Source: an uncultured Planctomycetia bacterium
GTDB taxonomy: Bacteria > Omnitrophota > Gorgyraeia > VGKH01 > JBHPFN01
Direction: 5' to 3'
Assembly (NCBI GenBank): GCA_964406665.1
Contig: CAYOSQ010000001.1
Span: forward strand, 71,412 to 135,411
DNA length: 64,000 bases
How positions within the stretch are numbered: position 1 is the stretch's first letter; each line of letters starts with the position of its first letter. Under the pieces are notes generated by a model, which saw only the letters and a program-made list of their open reading frames with translations, was not told the origin of the DNA and did no database searches. Position numbers and translations under genes: made by a program. Shown here piece after piece: positions 60,244-64,000 of the stretch.

Positions 60244-61654
60244 TTATGTTGGTGACGGCATAGCTGTATTTAATGCTGTTAAGCATCGCGAGGGCAGCTT
60301 TTTCTTAGATAGCAGCATGGATGTTTATGGGCTGGGTCGTTTTTCTTTCATAGGGTTTGATCCTTTTCTTATCTTAAAAAAGAAGGATAAAAAGCCGTTT
60401 CAAGATTTAAGGAACGCTCTGAATAAGTTTAAAGTAAATGGTTTTGATCAGGTTTCTCCTTTGCCTGCAGGGGCAGTAGGATTTTTTGGTTATGATTTAG
60501 GTTTATTAATGGAGAAGGTGCCTCTTAAAGCAACAGACGATTTATTGTTACCGGATAGTTTGATAGGATTTTATGATGTTGTTATTACGATAGATCATTG
60601 GCAGAAAAAATTACATATTTTTTCTTCCGGGTTGCCTGAAAAAAATAGTATTTTAGCTAAAAGACGCGCAGTGTTGCGTCTTAAAGAGACTATTAGAATT
60701 TTATCAGAAATAGAAATGGATGGCGGAAAATATGATAACACCCTTCCTGTGATTATTGCAGAGACAACACCTTGTTATGGGTCATTGGGTATAACAAGTA
60801 ATTTCAGCAAACAACAATATCTTCAGATTGTACAAAAAGCGTTGCGCCATATTGCTGCTGGAGATATCTATCAGGTAAATCTTTCACAGAGGTTTGCTTT
60901 AGAGTTGCCGCGTTCATTTTTAAATTCTAAAGATAGAGAATTTGCCATGTTTAAATTATTGCGCAATATTTCTCCGTCTTCGTTTGGAGCATTTTTCAAT
61001 TGTGAAGATTTTACTATTATTAGTTCTTCTCCAGAAAGATTCCTTCAGGTGCGTGAAAGAAATGTAATAACTAGACCCATGAAGGGTACTCGTGCCCGGG
61101 GAAGCAGCAGCCTGGAAGATAAAATAAACAAAAAACAATTACTCAACAGTAAGAAAGACAGTGCGGAGCTGTTAATGATAGTTGATTTACTTAGAAATGA
61201 TTTAGGCAGAGTTTGTGAATATGGTTCTGTAAAAGTTAAGGAAATGCGAAAACTGGAGACGTACAATACAGTTTTTCAAACTACCTCTACGGTTGAGGGG
61301 TTGTTGCATAAAGACAAAGACAGAGTTGATTTGCTTAAAGCATGTTTCCCCGGTGGGTCTATTACAGGATGTCCTAAGATTCGTTCTATGCAAATAATAG
61401 AGGAGCTAGAACCAACCAGGCGCTCTGTATATACCGGTTCTTTGGGATATTTAAGCTTTTCAGGAAATATGGATTTGAATATTCTAATTAGGACATTACT
61501 TGCAAAAGATGATAAAGTGTATTTTCAGGTTGGTGGTGGGATTGTGGCAGATTCTAAGCCGGATAAGGAATACCAAGAAACATTAATAAAGGCCAAGGCA
61601 TTATTTTCCTGCCTGCAATCTCAGTGTAGCGAAAAAGCAATGATTAAGGCCTAA
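60191..61654 (+). CDS. pabB: Aminodeoxychorismate synthase component I
   Basis: GDIYQVNL, SSSPERFL, PMKGT, MIVDLLRND, FPGGSITGCPK. Confidence 0.88.
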   Translation: MKKGVLGLIGSLQLKTYDYVGDGIAVFNAVKHREGSFFLDSSMDVYGLGRFSFIGFDPFLILKKKDKKPFQDLRNALNKFKVNGFDQVSPLPAGAVGFFGYDLGLLMEKVPLKATDDLLLPDSLIGFYDVVITIDHWQKKLHIFSSGLPEKNSILAKRRAVLRLKETIRILSEIEMDGGKYDNTLPVIIAETTPCYGSLGITSNFSKQQYLQIVQKALRHIAAGDIYQVNLSQRFALELPRSFLNSKDREFAMFKLLRNISPSSFGAFFNCEDFTIISSSPERFLQVRERNVITRPMKGTRARGSSSLEDKINKKQLLNSKKDSAELLMIVDLLRNDLGRVCEYGSVKVKEMRKLETYNTVFQTTSTVEGLLHKDKDRVDLLKACFPGGSITGCPKIRSMQIIEELEPTRRSVYTGSLGYLSFSGNMDLNILIRTLLAKDDKVYFQVGGGIVADSKPDKEYQETLIKAKALFSCLQSQCSEKAMIKA

Positions 61655-61657
61655 AAT

Positions 61658-62488
61658 ATGGATGAATCAATAATTTATTTTAACGGTAAGATTATTCGAA
61701 GCGATAAGAGAAAAACTGTTTGTTTTAAAGACTCAGGTTTTTTATACAGCCTAGGTTTGTTTGAGACCATGCGTTCGTATAGTGGAAAAATTTTTTGTTT
61801 CAAAGAACACATTAAGCGCATCAAAAGGTCAGCTGTTTTGCTTAAAATTAATATAACCGAGAACGAAAGAGAATTACAAGCTGCAGCTAATAATGTTTTG
61901 CAGAGGAATAAATTGAAGAATGCCTATGTTAGACTTACATGTTGGAAGGGCGACAAAGAAATAAATACCTTAATATTTGTAAAGAGCTTACCAAAGCTTC
62001 CCCAAGGTATTTATAAGAATGGATTTAAGGCATTAATATCTGATTTTCGTGTGAATGAATATTCTGCAATTGCAGGGATTAAATCATTGAATTATTTGAA
62101 TTTTTATTTAGCAAGACGTTTTGCTCAGATAAAAGGATATAATGAAGCGATAATGTTAAATACGAAAGGTTCTGTTGTCGAAGGCTCGTACAGTAATTTA
62201 TTTATTGTTAAAAATAAAATATTGTTTACGCCTTCACTGGATTGTGGCTGTCTTCCTGGTATTGCCAGAGGAGTAGTTTTAGATTTGGCCAAAAAGCTTA
62301 AGATTAAAGTAAAAGAAACAAGAATTGCTTTAAAGGAATTGATTTCGGCGGATGAAGTATTTGTAACAAATTCTCTTATAGAAGTTATGCCGGTTACTTA
62401 TATTAAAGATAAAAAAATCAACAAAGGCATTACAGGAGAAATAACAGGAATATTATCTAAGCAATATAGAGGGTTGGTAGAAAAGTGA
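61658..62488 (+). CDS. Class IV PLP enzyme (ADC lyase/branched-chain aminotransferase family)
   Basis: GLFETMR, KSLNYL, EGSYSNLF, LPGIAR; adjacent to pabB. Confidence 0.85.
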   Translation: MDESIIYFNGKIIRSDKRKTVCFKDSGFLYSLGLFETMRSYSGKIFCFKEHIKRIKRSAVLLKINITENERELQAAANNVLQRNKLKNAYVRLTCWKGDKEINTLIFVKSLPKLPQGIYKNGFKALISDFRVNEYSAIAGIKSLNYLNFYLARRFAQIKGYNEAIMLNTKGSVVEGSYSNLFIVKNKILFTPSLDCGCLPGIARGVVLDLAKKLKIKVKETRIALKELISADEVFVTNSLIEVMPVTYIKDKKINKGITGEITGILSKQYRGLVEK

Positions 62489-63645
62489 TTAAAAAAAGTA
62501 TAAAACAATTAGTGGTGCCAGTTAAGTTTTCCCACTCTGCACTGGCTTGCGGTTCGGATTTAAAAAACACCTTCTGTTTTGCTAGAGGGAAATCTTTATT
62601 TATGAGTGAGAATAATGGAGATTTGGAGGATCTGAGTAATTTTTCTAAATATGAAGGAAACATTTGTTCTGCTGAAAAAAAGTTTAAGGTGGCCCCGAAA
62701 TTTATAATATATGATTTACATCCTGAATACTGGTCGGCAAAATTTGCGTCTGCAAAACTGAAAAATAATTCTAGGCTTACCGGAATACCTATACAGCACC
62801 ATCATGCTCACATAGCTTCTGGTATGTGGGATAATAATTTGACTTCAAAAGTTATTGGTGTTAGTTTCGATGGAACCGGTTATGGATTTGATGGAAATAT
62901 ATGGGGAGGGGAGTTTTTTGTTGGAGGATATAACAATTTCCGCAGAGTAGCGCATCTAAAGAATATGATGGTTCCTGGTGGAAAGCAGGCAATAATTGAG
63001 CCATGGCGCATGGCATTTTCCTGGCTGTATTCTATTTATAAAGACGATATCTGGAATTTAAAGATAGATTTTATCAAGAAACTAAACAGAAAAAATGGTC
63101 GCTTGATTACTCAAATGATTGATAAGGAAATTAACTGTCCAAAAACTTCAAGCGCAGGAAGATTGTTTGATGCTGTTTCTGCACTCCTGGGTATCAGAAA
63201 TAAAGTTTTGTTTGAGGCTCAGGCGGCAATAGAGCTGGAAAAAGCAGCTGCGAAAGCCAAGATTTTCCTACAGAAGGCATATAGCTATGAAATAAAGTCA
63301 GGAGATTGCATGGTAATCAACCCGGCTGGAATCTTTAGAGATATAGTGGCAGATTTGAACCGCAAGGTGTCTTTAGAAAACATCGCCTACAGATTTCATT
63401 ATACTGTTGCCCAGATTATAAAAGATACATGCTTAAGATTGCGCAAAAAATACAAAATAAATAATGTAGTGTTAAGCGGGGGAGTTTTTCAAAATAAGAT
63501 TTTGAGAAATTTAACTAATGAATTAATGCAAAAAGATAAATTTAGTGTTTACTCTCATAATAGAATTTCCACAACAGATTCTGGTATAAGCGTTGGACAG
63601 TTAATGATCGCCAGACAGCGCATTAATAGAAAGGTAAGAAAATAA
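62485..63645 (+). CDS. hypF: HypF carbamoyltransferase, C-terminal Kae1-like part only
   Basis: G.DLKNTFC, DLHPEY, QHHHAH, DGTGYG.DG.IWGGE, SSAGRLFDA, LSGGVFQN. Confidence 0.88.
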   Translation: MIKKSIKQLVVPVKFSHSALACGSDLKNTFCFARGKSLFMSENNGDLEDLSNFSKYEGNICSAEKKFKVAPKFIIYDLHPEYWSAKFASAKLKNNSRLTGIPIQHHHAHIASGMWDNNLTSKVIGVSFDGTGYGFDGNIWGGEFFVGGYNNFRRVAHLKNMMVPGGKQAIIEPWRMAFSWLYSIYKDDIWNLKIDFIKKLNRKNGRLITQMIDKEINCPKTSSAGRLFDAVSALLGIRNKVLFEAQAAIELEKAAAKAKIFLQKAYSYEIKSGDCMVINPAGIFRDIVADLNRKVSLENIAYRFHYTVAQIIKDTCLRLRKKYKINNVVLSGGVFQNKILRNLTNELMQKDKFSVYSHNRISTTDSGISVGQLMIARQRINRKVRK

Positions 63646-63846
63646 ATGTGTTTAGCAATACCCATGAAGATAGTTAAAATAGAGGGTGATTTTGCCACTG
63701 TTTCCGTCGCAGGTGTAAAGCGCCGAGCTAATATCCATCTGGTTCCTAATCCTAAAATCGGAGATTATATTATTGTTCATGCAGGTTTTGGGATACAGAA
63801 ATTGAATGAAAAAGAAGCGAAGAAAACCCTTAAATTATTCAAATGA
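63646..63846 (+). CDS. hypC: Hydrogenase maturation chaperone HypC
   Basis: MCLAIP...GDYIIVHAGF. Confidence 0.95.
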   Translation: MCLAIPMKIVKIEGDFATVSVAGVKRRANIHLVPNPKIGDYIIVHAGFGIQKLNEKEAKKTLKLFK

Positions 63847-64000
63847 AATATATTGATGAATTCAGAAATAAATCGGCAGCGAGAAAGATCATAAAAAAGA
63901 TCTATAAAATTACTCCAGAAGATTTTAGGATTAATCTTATGGAAGTTTGCGGTACGCACACAAATAGCTTTTTTCGCTACGGATTGAATAATCTTCTGCC
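63843..64000 (+). CDS. hypD: Hydrogenase maturation protein HypD (partial, runs off the window)
   Basis: Hand translation MKYIDEFRN...LMEVCGTHT. Confidence 0.9.
   Translation, partial: MKYIDEFRNKSAARKIIKKIYKITPEDFRINLMEVCGTHTNSFFRYGLNNLL

Overview
Bacterial chromosomal window (standard code 11, AT-rich) that spans the replication origin. Genes left of rpmH/dnaA (1-10.4 kb) are on the minus strand and almost all genes to the right are on the plus strand. Gene content suggests a diderm candidate-phylum organism such as Omnitrophota, but that is inference only. Housekeeping blocks: thrS-infC-rpmI-rplT; six intact tRNAs; gmk/rpoZ/coaC; parS-parAB; rpmH-yidD-yidC (no rnpA); dnaA-dnaN-dciA-gyrBA; glmS; rsmI; an interrupted pyr operon; a rearranged F-type atp operon with two c subunits; pabB/pabC; hypFCD. 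There are three accessory surface loci, each carrying GEMM-I (cyclic dinucleotide) riboswitch-like RNAs. (1) A divergent chaperone-usher/WxL-like fimbrial cluster (19.1-25.4 kb) faces a convergent secreted microprotein that carries only the pilin N-terminal strand. The microprotein sits behind two tandem riboswitches, one G20 (c-di-GMP type) and one A20 (c-AMP-GMP type). (2) A PilW-like pilin with an inserted Hint domain, plus a large PilX-like partner, lies behind a variant aptamer. (3) A 4.7-kb tRNA-Val/Asp-bounded islet encodes an M4-type protease with FG-GAP repeats. A conserved two-hairpin motif follows four tRNA genes. All calls come from reading the sequence by eye; no database searches or folding programs were run.
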